A stretch of DNA of 64,000 bases from positions 1-64,000 of the forward strand of contig JASFEO010000002.1 of the NCBI GenBank assembly GCA_050124795.1, given 5' to 3'. Position numbers and translations under genes: made by a program. Under the pieces are notes generated by a model that saw nothing but the letters and a program-made list of their open reading frames with translations, made no database searches and was not told where the DNA came from. Positions 28,555-40,008 of this stretch are shown here, one piece after another (positions within the stretch are counted from its first letter, which is position 1; each line of letters starts with the position of its first letter). The DNA comes from Candidatus Pacearchaeota archaeon (lineage in GTDB: Archaea; Nanobdellota; Nanobdellia; Pacearchaeales; GW2011-AR1).

Positions 28555-30498
28555 TCACTTTGCATCAGCATTTTCAAACTCATTCAAAACTCTTAAGTCA
28601 GGAGAGAGAACATAAACATGATCATTCTTGCTTCTGATACCTCGATAAACTTTTTGCCAGATTTCTCTTTTTGCTTTATCCCGATAAAACTCCCAATAAT
28701 GCATTGGATTTGTTTTGTTTAAAATTCTCCAAAAAGCATCCTTGACATTTGGATTTGGATACTTTGTAAAAACAATTGAATTGCATTCACCTCCTGGAAA
28801 ATCAATTCCACGTCCTGCGCGAGTTGAAAACAAAACATTTATCTTGCCCATTTTAAATCTCTCAATTAAAACACCTGTCTTATCATCGTTTTGCAATTCC
28901 CTTAACTTCTCACGCGAAATCAGATTGGCTAAATCGAATTCTTCTCTTTCTTCTTCACTTGGCAAATCAAGATATGCATTAACATGAACCAAGGTAGGTT
29001 TTTTTGAAACTTCAACACAGTTGTCTAAATTTTTCAGATACTCTTCCCTTGTAATTTTGTTATTTTTAAAATTCGCATATTTGCAATCCTTTTCCCTGCC
29101 TGATTTTTTAATCTCAATTCTTCCTTGCGAACCTGTTTCAGCCTCGATAAAATCATAATCTTTCATTCCAAAAATTTTTTCCAAAACTTCACTAGAATGA
29201 ATTGTCCCTGACATTAGAACAATCACTTTATTTTTATTCGCCATTGTTTCAAACTTTTTTGCCAAATTTGTCGTCACTAAATTAACAACTGTGTTCTCAT
29301 CTTTTTTATTTGCAATTAAATAAGTCTCATCCAAAAACCCCTCAAAAATTCTCGCAGTCTCCTGCACCTCAAAAACATAACTCTCATCATCAAAATCATA
29401 AACAAAATTCTTGTTCTTCAAAAACAATCTCAACAAATCATAAATTCCAGTCTCTCTCAAAGAAATTATTTCATCCCTCTCAATTGCACTTTTTATTTTT
29501 CCATCTTTCTTAATTTGCTTTATAATCGCCAAACACTCTTCAATAATTTCCTGGTTCTCAGGCGACGGATCAAAAAAATACATCAAAGAATTTTGCAGTC
29601 TCTCTAAATTTATACTTCGCTGATTTGAAAAACTATCCAAGAACTCATCACACTCATCAATAATTTCAACCTCTGTCAACGGCTTTCTGTCAAGTGCAGA
29701 TTCCAACTTATATTTCATTGAATTAAAAACAATCACATCAGAGTCAACGTAAGAATTAAACTGATTGTAAAATCCACATCCGGATTTTCTTTCATAATAA
29801 ACAAATTTTTCATTATTTATTCCTGAATATTTTTTCTTTATAGCGTTGATAAAACTTCTTCCTCCAAATTCATATCTCTCACTTAAAACAGGACACCAAT
29901 AAGGACACGATGCTGCAACACTCGCGCGCTTAACATCTTTAATATCTGAAAAATTTTTCACATCAACATCTTTGTTTTTTTTCAAATACTCTTTTATCTT
30001 GTTCCAGTTTTTCTCTCTTATCTCAATCTTGCACGGCAAATTAAAATTATCTGCTGACAAGTCTTTTTCTTTTTTAGGTTTCTTAACTCCTGAAAAAATA
30101 TCATGCAGCTTTGAATTAACTTCTCTCTTAAAATTAAACTCCTCCTCCTTTTGGTTTTCTTCTAAAAATTTGCACTTGTGATTTTTCCGGCCAGTCATAA
30201 CTCCGATTCTTAATTTCTCATTTTTTGAATTTTTAATTTGCATATTATTGCAATAATCTTTTTCATACTGCGCCTGCAAATTTTTTATTGGCACAACAAT
30301 TGAAGTCTTGCCAAGTTCCTTTGCAATGTTCAGGGCAATCGCAGATTTTCCTGTTCCGCAAATCCCCTTAACAAAAATAATTTTATTTCCTTTTTTTATC
30401 GAGGACAAAACTTCTTCTGCAACATCTTTTTGAGTCTTTCCATTTGAAAATTTTAATGGCTCTAAAAACTTTCCCTCTTTATACAAACTCCATTTCAT
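28555..30498 (-). CDS. DinG/XPD (Rad3)-family SF2 helicase
   Basis: CGTGKS, IIDECD, MSGT, RGIDFPG and YRGIRS motifs. Confidence 0.85.
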   Translation of the reverse strand: MKWSLYKEGKFLEPLKFSNGKTQKDVAEEVLSSIKKGNKIIFVKGICGTGKSAIALNIAKELGKTSIVVPIKNLQAQYEKDYCNNMQIKNSKNEKLRIGVMTGRKNHKCKFLEENQKEEEFNFKREVNSKLHDIFSGVKKPKKEKDLSADNFNLPCKIEIREKNWNKIKEYLKKNKDVDVKNFSDIKDVKRASVAASCPYWCPVLSERYEFGGRSFINAIKKKYSGINNEKFVYYERKSGCGFYNQFNSYVDSDVIVFNSMKYKLESALDRKPLTEVEIIDECDEFLDSFSNQRSINLERLQNSLMYFFDPSPENQEIIEECLAIIKQIKKDGKIKSAIERDEIISLRETGIYDLLRLFLKNKNFVYDFDDESYVFEVQETARIFEGFLDETYLIANKKDENTVVNLVTTNLAKKFETMANKNKVIVLMSGTIHSSEVLEKIFGMKDYDFIEAETGSQGRIEIKKSGREKDCKYANFKNNKITREEYLKNLDNCVEVSKKPTLVHVNAYLDLPSEEEREEFDLANLISREKLRELQNDDKTGVLIERFKMGKINVLFSTRAGRGIDFPGGECNSIVFTKYPNPNVKDAFWRILNKTNPMHYWEFYRDKAKREIWQKVYRGIRSKNDHVYVLSPDLRVLNEFENADAK

Positions 30499-30542
30499 TG
30501 CATTTCAAAAAATAGATGTGTTATAAAATTTTAGGTTGTAGA

Positions 30543-30815
30543 TTATCGAACATAAGAATCAATTCCTTTGCTAATAATCTTTTTTACCCCATGGAGCAAT
30601 ATTAATAGACTTCTTCTCTCTTGATTTTCTTCTCTTTCAATTATCTTTGGCAAGTCTTTAACAAAGGACGAATAGCTTGGGCCCCAAATTCCCATTTTTT
30701 CAGATAAGCCATCTTCTTTTTTTCTTAATTTATCATAATGCTTTTTCCAAATTTCTCTTGCTCCCCCAAACTTTGAATTCATCCCAAGACTATAAGCAGC
30801 TCTTTCATTAATCAT
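30543..30815 (-). CDS. Hypothetical protein
   Basis: ORF only. Confidence 0.5.
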   Translation of the reverse strand: MINERAAYSLGMNSKFGGAREIWKKHYDKLRKKEDGLSEKMGIWGPSYSSFVKDLPKIIEREENQERRSLLILLHGVKKIISKGIDSYVR

Positions 30816-31066
30816 TCTTTATTAATTTCTTCTTCCTTTAAATAAATTTATATTCTATTTCAACCTATAAAACCAAAGCCCCCCAAAAGTAATCCCAATT
30901 CCAAGAAAATAAACCCACAAGTCTGAATTCATGGGAGTAAATAAAATCCCAAGTAAAAACAATCCTGCCAATGATTTTAGAAAATTTGTTTTATCCATTT
31001 TAAAATATTTTAATTTATCCTGTTCAAACTAAAAAAGCTCAAGACCTAGTGCACATTAAAAATTAT

Positions 31067-31366
31067 TTAACCAAATAGCGCACTAAGTCCTTCTGCTGCA
31101 GCTTCTTTCTTTTCTTCCTTTGGCTTTTCTTCTTTCTTCTCTTCTGCAGGTGCTGCGCTTCCTGCGCTTCCTGCTGAAGCACTTGAAACCAAACTTGCAG
31201 ACGCTAGTTCAGCGTCGATGTCAACACCCTTCAAACTCGCAACCAAACTCTTAATCTGGTCTTCATTAGGCGTCGCACCAGTTGCTGCAACAACACTTTT
31301 CAAATTCTCTTCACTAACTTCCTTTCCTGCTTTGTGCAGTAAAAGTGCTGCATATACATTTTCCAT
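31067..31366 (-). CDS. rpl12: 50S ribosomal protein P1/L12
   Basis: [10 protein letters not shown]; acidic tail ending GLSALFG. Confidence 0.96.
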   Translation of the reverse strand: MENVYAALLLHKAGKEVSEENLKSVVAATGATPNEDQIKSLVASLKGVDIDAELASASLVSSASAGSAGSAAPAEEKKEEKPKEEKKEAAAEGLSALFG

Positions 31367-31367
31367 T

Positions 31368-31649
31368 TTATTTATCCTCTCCAACATTTAATTGTTGAGC
31401 ATAATTATCATTTAATTTTTTTCTTGATTCACTTAGGTTTTTATATCTTCTTTTTTCTTTTCCTATTAATAATTCTAAATTTCCTCCAAGCCTACTTTTT
31501 ATTCCTTCATCTTCTGGATTTATTTCTTTAAGCGCATCAATCCATTTTTGATAAAGATTCAATCTTATCCGGCTTTTAATCATTTCATAACAAATAGATG
31601 GTTTTTTTAAAAATTCTTCCGGAACAGTTTCTTCTGCTAAATTACTCAT
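31368..31649 (-). CDS. Interleaved orphan ORF (upstream of L12)
   Basis: 8-nt overlap upstream, TAAAATG downstream. Confidence 0.68.
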   Translation of the reverse strand: MSNLAEETVPEEFLKKPSICYEMIKSRIRLNLYQKWIDALKEINPEDEGIKSRLGGNLELLIGKEKRRYKNLSESRKKLNDNYAQQLNVGEDK

Positions 31650-31857
31650 ATTTTCTTCCTCCAATATTTGTTTCTTGAGCATAATCTTCTGAATCATATC
31701 CTCCTCCAACTAAATGACCCCAATCCAGATGTTCTTCCTGAATTAATAAAATCCTTTTATGCAATCCTCTAAGTTCTTCTCTTTTGATTTCAATAGCGTT
31801 TTTTGCCATCCCCACAAAGTTAACATCTTCTCTGCTATCATAAACTATCTCTGCCAT
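31642..31857 (-). CDS. Interleaved orphan ORF (downstream of L10)
   Basis: TAG-A-ATG junction; GGAGG near its 3' end. Confidence 0.68.
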   Translation of the reverse strand: MAEIVYDSREDVNFVGMAKNAIEIKREELRGLHKRILLIQEEHLDWGHLVGGGYDSEDYAQETNIGGRKYE

Positions 31858-31858
31858 T

Positions 31859-32764
31859 CTACCCAAACAAACTAGCCAAACCCTCGGCAACATCTGCTTT
31901 TGGCTCCTCCTTTTTTTCTTCTTTAGGGCTTTCTTCTTTTGTTTCTTCAACAGCTGTTTCTGCAACTGGCTCAGGCTCTCCTGTCATAATTCTATTTAGT
32001 TTATTTGCATGCGCACTTGCTTTTTGCAATATAAATCCAATTGTGTCTTTTGATAAATAACCAACTGAAACTGCAAAAGGCAAAGCTCTGCCATAAGCTT
32101 CTTTTAAATTTTTCAAAGTTCCTTCCTTGTCAATCTTAATTTCTAAATATAACTTGCTGTCCTTAATATCAAATGTGCAAACAGGAATAAAACCAATTGA
32201 AAACGGCTTGATGTCCAACTTGCTCATAACATCTGCGGCATTCTCTTTAATCTTCTCACCAACTTTTACAATAACTCGCGATTCCCTAATTGTAAGTTTC
32301 CCATTCTCAACCTGAACCTGCAAACCAACTGAACCTAATTCACTAATTGCCGGGCCAGGAACCAAATCAGTCGGACCTGCCTCAACTTCAATATCGCTTG
32401 GCGCAATCTGCCCCACTTTAGCTTTTGCCGGGCTCTTGTTTTCCATCAACTCCCCTGCTAATTCATAACTATCCAAATCAGAAAACAAAACAGCAACACT
32501 ATCCCCAATCTGCTCTTTCAACTTTTTCAATTCCTCATTCTCCGATTCATCAATTGCCCGATAAATTAAACTCTTTTTTGGAACCTTAACAATTGCTTTT
32601 CCACGAAGTTTTTTTGAAATTTCCTGAAACTGACTCCCAGGCAAATTCTTAATCGACGCAATTAAAACAGTTTTTTTATTCTTTATCAAATCAGTTAATT
32701 CTTTCACTGTTTTCAACTTTGCCTTTGGAATTTCTGCAACTGTTTTTTTTGATTTAGTTTTCAT
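31859..32764 (-). CDS. rpl10: 50S ribosomal protein uL10 (P0)
   Basis: APSDIEVEAGPTDLVPGP; GLASLFG. Confidence 0.96.
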   Translation of the reverse strand: MKTKSKKTVAEIPKAKLKTVKELTDLIKNKKTVLIASIKNLPGSQFQEISKKLRGKAIVKVPKKSLIYRAIDESENEELKKLKEQIGDSVAVLFSDLDSYELAGELMENKSPAKAKVGQIAPSDIEVEAGPTDLVPGPAISELGSVGLQVQVENGKLTIRESRVIVKVGEKIKENAADVMSKLDIKPFSIGFIPVCTFDIKDSKLYLEIKIDKEGTLKNLKEAYGRALPFAVSVGYLSKDTIGFILQKASAHANKLNRIMTGEPEPVAETAVEETKEESPKEEKKEEPKADVAEGLASLFG

Positions 32765-33078
32765 ATTACATCTCCTACAGAAATTTTATTTGAAAAAATT
32801 GCATGTCTTTCATCTAAAAAACGCATTCTATGAAAAGGGGATCTTCCTTCTTTATTAGTTATATTATTTTCCTCAATTGAGAGTAATTCTTTTTCTATTG
32901 GATAAATCCAAAGATCTTTAGGCAAATTTCCTGCTCCGCTGTCTTCTATAACACATGCAAAAAGATATTGATCCCATCCAGGAATACCATAGTCATCTTG
33001 ACCAACATAGGTAAATCCTTCGGTCCCATTTAATTTCCAAGGATTCCCTTCAATTAATCTTTTTTCTATTTCATCCAT
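32761..33078 (-). CDS. Interleaved orphan ORF (L1/L10)
   Basis: TAAAATG and ATGA junctions. Confidence 0.75.
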   Translation of the reverse strand: MDEIEKRLIEGNPWKLNGTEGFTYVGQDDYGIPGWDQYLFACVIEDSGAGNLPKDLWIYPIEKELLSIEENNITNKEGRSPFHRMRFLDERHAIFSNKISVGDVI

Positions 33079-33079
33079 T

Positions 33080-33712
33080 TTATCTTACTCCAATCTTGAC
33101 TGGCTTAGTCATTGTAAATTTAATTTCAACATTCTTGATATTCTCTTTTTCTCGAGGAAGTTCTGAAACAACCTTGTTAAAGATAGTCATAACATTATCA
33201 ATAATTTCTTCATCTTTCATCTTTTCTTTTCCAACTGCAACTTTTATGCTTGCTTCCTTTGTTCTGATTTTCACACTTTTGTTAATCTTGTCTTTTAATT
33301 CTTCAATTGCTTTGTCATTAACATCCATTAAAATTCCCAATTGAGGAGATGGCATTTTTCCGCTTGGACCCAATGCTCGACCAAAAGTAGTTGCAACCTT
33401 TGGCATAAGGCGAGCCTCTGCAATAAAAAAATCAAATTTCTTAACAAGATTCTTCAAAACTTTCTTGTCAGAATATTTCTTAAACTCTGAAAAAGTAATC
33501 GTCTCAACATTATCATTCTTTGCCTCAAAAAAACCCGCAATCTTTTTATCCTTAATTTTATTCGGCACACTAACAAATAAATTCAAAGAATTCTTCTTAA
33601 CATCAAACTTCTGCAGATTAATAATTAAGTCTACTGTCTGCTCAAACTTTCTTTCTTTATTCTTGCGAAGTTCAGACAACGCTTTCTTTAGTTCTTCTCT
33701 TAGTTCTGCCAT
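33080..33712 (-). CDS. rpl1: 50S ribosomal protein uL1
   Basis: RKFEQTVDLIINL; FGRALGPSGKMP. Confidence 0.96.
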   Translation of the reverse strand: MAELREELKKALSELRKNKERKFEQTVDLIINLQKFDVKKNSLNLFVSVPNKIKDKKIAGFFEAKNDNVETITFSEFKKYSDKKVLKNLVKKFDFFIAEARLMPKVATTFGRALGPSGKMPSPQLGILMDVNDKAIEELKDKINKSVKIRTKEASIKVAVGKEKMKDEEIIDNVMTIFNKVVSELPREKENIKNVEIKFTMTKPVKIGVR

Positions 33713-33865
33713 TTTCAAATTTTGCCTCCCAAATTATGCGCATATGAGCATAGAACTTATCTCACAACGATATGGTTCAATCGGCTTGAATTTCCTAGAT
33801 TTTTTGGGTTTATAAAACATTCGTTTTGAAATTTTCTCAAAACACCACATCAATATAAAATAAAT

Positions 33866-34603
33866 TTATTCTAACAAAGAAAATATTTTTTTCTCAAGAT
33901 TTTTTCTTACAAATTTTTCACATCTTTGTCTGCTTTCATGCGTTCCAGCATCACTCCAAAAACCATTCACAATGCAAAACCCTGCACTCCCTTCTTTAAT
34001 ATAAGAATTATTAACATCTGTAATTTCATATTCCCCTCTTTTCGACGGGCGGAGTTTTTTAATCCTCTCAAAAACAGATGAATCATAAAAATACAAACCT
34101 ATGACTGCAAGGTCGGATTTCGGCTCATCAGGTTTTTCTTCAATTGATATTATTTTATTCCCTTTAATCTCTGCCACCCCAAACCTTTCAGGGTCTTCAA
34201 CTTTTTTTAAAAACAACATTGCTCCAAGTTTTGATTTTTCAAATTCCTTTGCAGCTTCATAAAAATTTTCATTAAAAATATTATCTCCCAATATTACTGC
34301 TAATTTACTGTCGCTGACAAATTTTTCAGTTAAGCTCAAGGCCTGCGCAATTCCTCCTGGTTTGGATTGGTAATGATAAGAGAACTCCATTTCTGGATGC
34401 AGTTTCCCCAAATATCCTGCTATCTCCTTAAAATGCTCACCCCCAGTCACAACACTTATTGAATCAACTCTAAGATTTTTCATTGTATAAAGCGGGTATT
34501 CAATCATTGGGATTTTTCCAACAGAAACAAGATGTTTATTCGTAACCTGAGTCAATGGCCACAATCTCGTTCCTTTTCCTCCTGCTAAAATTATTCCCTT
34601 CAT
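33866..34603 (-). CDS. rfbA: Glucose-1-phosphate thymidylyltransferase (RmlA-like)
   Basis: GIILAGGKGTRLWPLT; EEKP; RGEYEITD; WSDAGT. Confidence 0.9.
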   Translation of the reverse strand: MKGIILAGGKGTRLWPLTQVTNKHLVSVGKIPMIEYPLYTMKNLRVDSISVVTGGEHFKEIAGYLGKLHPEMEFSYHYQSKPGGIAQALSLTEKFVSDSKLAVILGDNIFNENFYEAAKEFEKSKLGAMLFLKKVEDPERFGVAEIKGNKIISIEEKPDEPKSDLAVIGLYFYDSSVFERIKKLRPSKRGEYEITDVNNSYIKEGSAGFCIVNGFWSDAGTHESRQRCEKFVRKNLEKKIFSLLE

Positions 34604-35382
34604 TTTAAATTTTTATAACACCTTAAAACTTCATCTTTTAATTTTGGCGGAGAATAAAATTTTTTTAATTTAGATAAATCCATGATGTTGTTTATAAGGT
34701 ATAAGCCTTCAGATTTGTGCAATTCTTCTTCAGTAATCTCTTTTCCGTCAAGACCAATTAACCTCGCCATTGCAATCACACTTAAATTCTCCTCGCAAGC
34801 CACATTAAATATTCCTGCTTGGTTTTTTTCTAATAGTTTTTTTGTTGAATCTACAATGACATCAAGACTTGAAAAACTGTTTTGTTCTTCGACAAATTGT
34901 TTAAATTTTGAAAGTTTGCACAGAAGATTATCATCATCATTAAAATCTGAAAAATATAATCTTGGTCTTAATATTAAATCTCTGTTTGGATTGCACCCTT
35001 GTTCTCCAACCCATTTTGTAAGGGTGTAATTGCAATGAGCTGCAATGAAATCAGTTTCCCTTTGAGCAACACCTTTTTTGTCATACAAACAACCAGTTGA
35101 AATATGGACGAACTTTTTCCCTTTTTCCTGACAAAATTTACTTAATATTTTTGGGATAAAACCATTGCTGTAAAGCACTTCTTCAAAATTTTCCCTATTT
35201 TCACAATAACGGGTATTGCTTTTTCCCATGCAGTTAATTATGACATCATATTTTGATAATTGTTTTAATGAGTTTTCAGTGTTTGAGAAGTCCATGTAAA
35301 ATTCATTTTTTCCAAAGACTTCAAAACCTTTCATTTCAAATTTTTTTCCAAGAAACCCCCTTCCTAAAACTATTCCTTTCAT
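34600..35382 (-). CDS. NAD-dependent sugar reductase/epimerase (RmlD-like)
   Basis: LGRGFLG; HISTGCLY; YTLTK. Confidence 0.75.
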   Translation of the reverse strand: MKGIVLGRGFLGKKFEMKGFEVFGKNEFYMDFSNTENSLKQLSKYDVIINCMGKSNTRYCENRENFEEVLYSNGFIPKILSKFCQEKGKKFVHISTGCLYDKKGVAQRETDFIAAHCNYTLTKWVGEQGCNPNRDLILRPRLYFSDFNDDDNLLCKLSKFKQFVEEQNSFSSLDVIVDSTKKLLEKNQAGIFNVACEENLSVIAMARLIGLDGKEITEEELHKSEGLYLINNIMDLSKLKKFYSPPKLKDEVLRCYKNLK

Positions 35383-36371
35383 TCTTTCATCCACCAATTT
35401 TTATTTTGTTCATACCATTTGCACAATTCAAATATATCTTCTTCTAAATTTTTATGAGAATTATTAAAACCCATTTTTCTTAGTTTATTATCATTAATTG
35501 AATATCTAAAATCATGGCCTTTTCTGTGCTGAACTTTTTCAATCATCTCTTCTCTAAAATTAAAATAATCCAACAACAATCGAGTCATTTCAATGTTTGT
35601 TTTTTCATTTTTTCCTGCAATGTTGTAAATTTCTCCGGCATTTCCTTTTTTAGAAATCAGCCATATTGCTCTGCAATTGTCCTCAACATGAAGCCAGTCT
35701 CGGATGTTCAATCCAGGATTTTTATCATTCCACATAAGGGGAACTTTTTTTCCAAGAATTAAATTTGTAATAAACTTCGGAAGAAATTTTTCCCAATGCT
35801 GATAAGGCCCGTAATTGTTTGAGCTTCTTGTAATAATCACTGGAAGCCCGTGCGTGTAAAAATAGGACAATGCTAAATGTTCTGCCCCGGCTTTTGAAGC
35901 TGAATAAGGGCTCCGCGGTTTCAGTAAATCATTTTCCTTGGAACTCTCAGAATTTTTTTCCAAACTTCCGTAAACTTCATCAGTTGAAATTTGAACGAAT
36001 TTTTCAACATTTTGATTTGCAGCCGCATCCAATAAAACCCCTGTTCCATTGATATTTGTTTTTATAAAAGCTAAAGATTCATTAATGCTATTGTCCACAT
36101 GACTTTCTGCAGCAAAATTAAAGACAAGTTCTGGGCTGTATTCTGAAAACACTTTTTTAACTAATTTCTCGTCGCAGATATCTCCTTTTATACCCGTATA
36201 CAATCGGCTCTCTGCAATTCCCATATGTTCAAGATTTTTACTCCTCCCAGCGTAAGTCTCCTTATCTAGATTGATTATTTTTTCAATATCAAATTGTTCT
36301 TTATTTTCAAAAATATATTTTATAAAATTACTTCCAATAAAACCGCAGCCACCAGTCACCAAAATTTTCAT
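35379..36371 (-). CDS. rfbB: dTDP-glucose 4,6-dehydratase
   Basis: TGGCGFIGSN; AAESHVD; STDEVYG; YSASK. Confidence 0.95.
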   Translation of the reverse strand: MKILVTGGCGFIGSNFIKYIFENKEQFDIEKIINLDKETYAGRSKNLEHMGIAESRLYTGIKGDICDEKLVKKVFSEYSPELVFNFAAESHVDNSINESLAFIKTNINGTGVLLDAAANQNVEKFVQISTDEVYGSLEKNSESSKENDLLKPRSPYSASKAGAEHLALSYFYTHGLPVIITRSSNNYGPYQHWEKFLPKFITNLILGKKVPLMWNDKNPGLNIRDWLHVEDNCRAIWLISKKGNAGEIYNIAGKNEKTNIEMTRLLLDYFNFREEMIEKVQHRKGHDFRYSINDNKLRKMGFNNSHKNLEEDIFELCKWYEQNKNWWMKE

Positions 36372-36483
36372 AAACAATCTTCTCTAATTTTATTTATAAT
36401 ATTTCTGTAGTAATTATCTGGATGAATTCTATTTCTCAAAACACTACAACAATCCTTAAAAAGAATTAATTTTTGTTTTTATA

Positions 36484-36834
36484 ATGGAATTAATAGCATT
36501 ACTCTCAACAGGAAAAGGAACATGGGCGCAAGTTGCAGGACTCATGACTCACGGAGACTGGGAAAAAATAATTCTTCTTGGTAGTGACTTTTCAAAAGAT
36601 TTCAAGCATGACAAAGAATTTGAATTTATAAAAATTGACTTGGACAAAAAAATAAAAGAATTAAAACAGGAATTTTCTGAAAAACTAAAAGGAAAAATTT
36701 CTGGTACAGAAGTCGCCTTAACAATTGCATCTGGCGACGGTAAACAGCACATGGCATTAATTTCTTCATTACTAAATATGCCTGTTGGTGTAAGATTTGC
36801 AGCTTTAACAAAAGAAGGAATAATTGATTTGTAA
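36484..36834 (+). CDS. Conserved hypothetical protein
   Basis: STGKGTW; SGDGKQHMA. Confidence 0.7.
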   Translation: MELIALLSTGKGTWAQVAGLMTHGDWEKIILLGSDFSKDFKHDKEFEFIKIDLDKKIKELKQEFSEKLKGKISGTEVALTIASGDGKQHMALISSLLNMPVGVRFAALTKEGIIDL

Positions 36835-36835
36835 A

Positions 36836-37072
36836 ATGACATTTGATAATTGGGATGATGAAGAAATGAAAGACTTGCTTTATGAAGGGTGGCAGGTAGC
36901 GTGTTTTCCAGGAGGGGGTTTTGAATATTTGAATAGCCCTTCAGGGAAAAGATATAATTTTGAAGATATTAATGAACTGCAATCTAAAGTTTTTCGTCAT
37001 GAACTTCCTTTGTCTCCTGAAGAATCATCTGCTTTAAAATTATATAATCTTTCTTCAAGAATGTATAGCTAA
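36836..37072 (+). CDS. Orphan ORF (array member 1)
   Basis: TAAAATG coupling to the upstream gene. Confidence 0.62.
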   Translation: MTFDNWDDEEMKDLLYEGWQVACFPGGGFEYLNSPSGKRYNFEDINELQSKVFRHELPLSPEESSALKLYNLSSRMYS

Positions 37073-37079
37073 TTTTAAA

Positions 37080-37412
37080 ATGAAAAACATAGAAGATTTA
37101 ACAGAACAAGAAATTCTTGGAGAAATCATGAGTCTTGAAGAACAAGGTTTTCAGTTTTTTGTTGATTCTCATTCTGATAAAGAAACTCCTTTTTATGTTC
37201 CTGACAGAGTAAAACTTCCAGATGGAAAAATTCTTGAAGAAAAAGAATTGCGTTCTGAATTAAAAAAAGATCCTTACAATAAGAATTTTCAAAATGGATT
37301 ATATTTATTTGATTTATGTTTTTCAGAACAATATGGCGATGATAGATTTACTCATTATAGTTTTGATGGAGATGAAGATGTTGAAAATTGCCGTTGGAAA
37401 TATGAAAAGTAA
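37080..37412 (+). CDS. Orphan ORF (array member 2)
   Basis: TAATTTTAAAATG junction. Confidence 0.65.
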   Translation: MKNIEDLTEQEILGEIMSLEEQGFQFFVDSHSDKETPFYVPDRVKLPDGKILEEKELRSELKKDPYNKNFQNGLYLFDLCFSEQYGDDRFTHYSFDGDEDVENCRWKYEK

Positions 37413-37420
37413 TTTTTAAA

Positions 37421-37810
37421 ATGACAAAATTTAATCCTAGAAAACATGAAGTCTTTGATTTTCTAACTTTTGAATATAGTCAGGATTATCTTGGTTATGC
37501 AAGAGAAATGGATTTTTCAAAAGAAGAAATCAGTGATTTAGAAAGAGGATTAGAAATGGAGAGAAATGGCTGGGGCTTTTTAGAATTTAAAAATTGTATA
37601 GTTTATCAAGGGAAAAAAAGGGAAATAAAAGACAGAACTTATTTTATTGTAACTCCTGATAAAAAAATTGTCCCAACATCTAAATTAAATAATTCTAAAC
37701 TTGTCTTTGGAAATCCTGAATCTATTTTATTAAAAAAAGTTGGAGACTATTTTGGAATTTGTAAAATTCTATTAGATGAAACTGCATTTGAAAGAGCAGG
37801 AAGTTTTTAA
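37421..37810 (+). CDS. Orphan ORF (array member 3)
   Basis: TAATTTTTAAAATG junction. Confidence 0.65.
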   Translation: MTKFNPRKHEVFDFLTFEYSQDYLGYAREMDFSKEEISDLERGLEMERNGWGFLEFKNCIVYQGKKREIKDRTYFIVTPDKKIVPTSKLNNSKLVFGNPESILLKKVGDYFGICKILLDETAFERAGSF

Positions 37811-37817
37811 TTTGTAA

Positions 37818-38728
<911 letters not shown>

Positions 38729-38742
<14 letters not shown>

Positions 38743-39709
38743 TCTTCAACTCCTTCTTGTTTTTACCAAGAACAATAACTCGTGAAACTTTTTGTTCACC
38801 TAAAATTTTATAACCAGTTCCTTTTAGTTCCTTAATTAATTCTCTACTAAATTTTTTTATCTCTTCATGAGTTGGCATTCTGTCATACCCTAGTCTTTCA
38901 CGAGCAAAACCCACTGACATATATCCTTTAACCTCAATAAACTGTGGAGAAGATTTTTTAATTAACTTAGCATATCCTTCAATATCATCCATGTTAATTC
39001 CGCGAATCAAATTAATTCTAAAAACAGTTCTGCAATTTAACTTAGGTAAAATTTCCAAGGTTTTATTTAATTTCTTCCATGCATCTTTTTCAATACTTCT
39101 ATGAAACTTTTTATAATCTTTTTCATTTGTTGAATTAACACTTACATAAAGTTGTGTCGGCAATTGATTTTTATTTTTTAACTCTTTTATTTTCTCAGGA
39201 TAAAGCCCATTAGTTACTAAAAAAGAAGTTTTTTTCCTACGACGAAGTTCACTAATTAATTCTCCTAACATTGGATAAAGACTTGGTTCCCCAGAAAGTG
39301 AAATTGCAAACTGCATGGGCTCCTGCGATTCAAAATATTTTTTTTGATTTGCTTTTGATAATTGCTTTTTCTTGCTTTTCGGATCCTGCTTAAACCCTTG
39401 AAGTAATTTCCTTTGCGCATTTATACATCCGTCAATAATTTCAGATGGTGAATTAATTTTCCCTGGAATCTTTTTATCCTTAGTAAACTCAATTGCACGC
39501 CAACAATGAACACACGAATTCGGGCAAAATAGCGACGGAGTCATTTGACAGCATAAATGACTTTTAATTCCATAAAACTTTTCCTTATAACAAACACCTT
39601 CATTACGAAGAGACTTTTTTGTCCAACGACAAACCTGCACCGCAGAATGCTCTCCAACAATTTCATAATGCTGTTTTTTTAATAATTGCTTTACTTTATT
39701 TGATAACAT
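38729..39709 (-). CDS. taw1: 4-demethylwyosine synthase Taw1/TYW1 (radical SAM)
   Basis: CYKEKFYGIKSH; CPNSCVHCWR; AISLSGEP; FIEVKGYM. Confidence 0.93.
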
Positions 39710-39776
39710 AAAAAAATAAAAAATAATCAGAATTTAAATTTTTTGCGAAAGTAGAAATTAAACCTATTCAATAGAA

Positions 39777-39851
39777 TCACTTCTTCTTTTTCTTAGTGGT
39801 TTTTTTCTTTGCGGGCTTTTTTGCAGGTTTTGCTTTTTTCTTTGCAGCCAT
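39777..39851 (-). CDS. Tiny Lys/Ala/Pro-rich basic peptide (alternative in-frame start at 39917)
   Basis: MAAKKKAKPAKKPAKKKTTKKKKK*. Confidence 0.5.
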   Translation of the reverse strand: MAAKKKAKPAKKPAKKKTTKKKKK

Positions 39852-40008
39852 TTTTTTAAGAGGTTCAAGAAAACTTTTAAAAACTTTCTCTTGCCTTTTT
39901 CCTCCTTTTAATTGCATTACTTACTATTCAATTCCTTAAATACTTTTCTTTTTAGAAATTTTATTCTGTTTTATCGAATATAAAATCTTAATTATCGACG
40001 TTAAAAGT

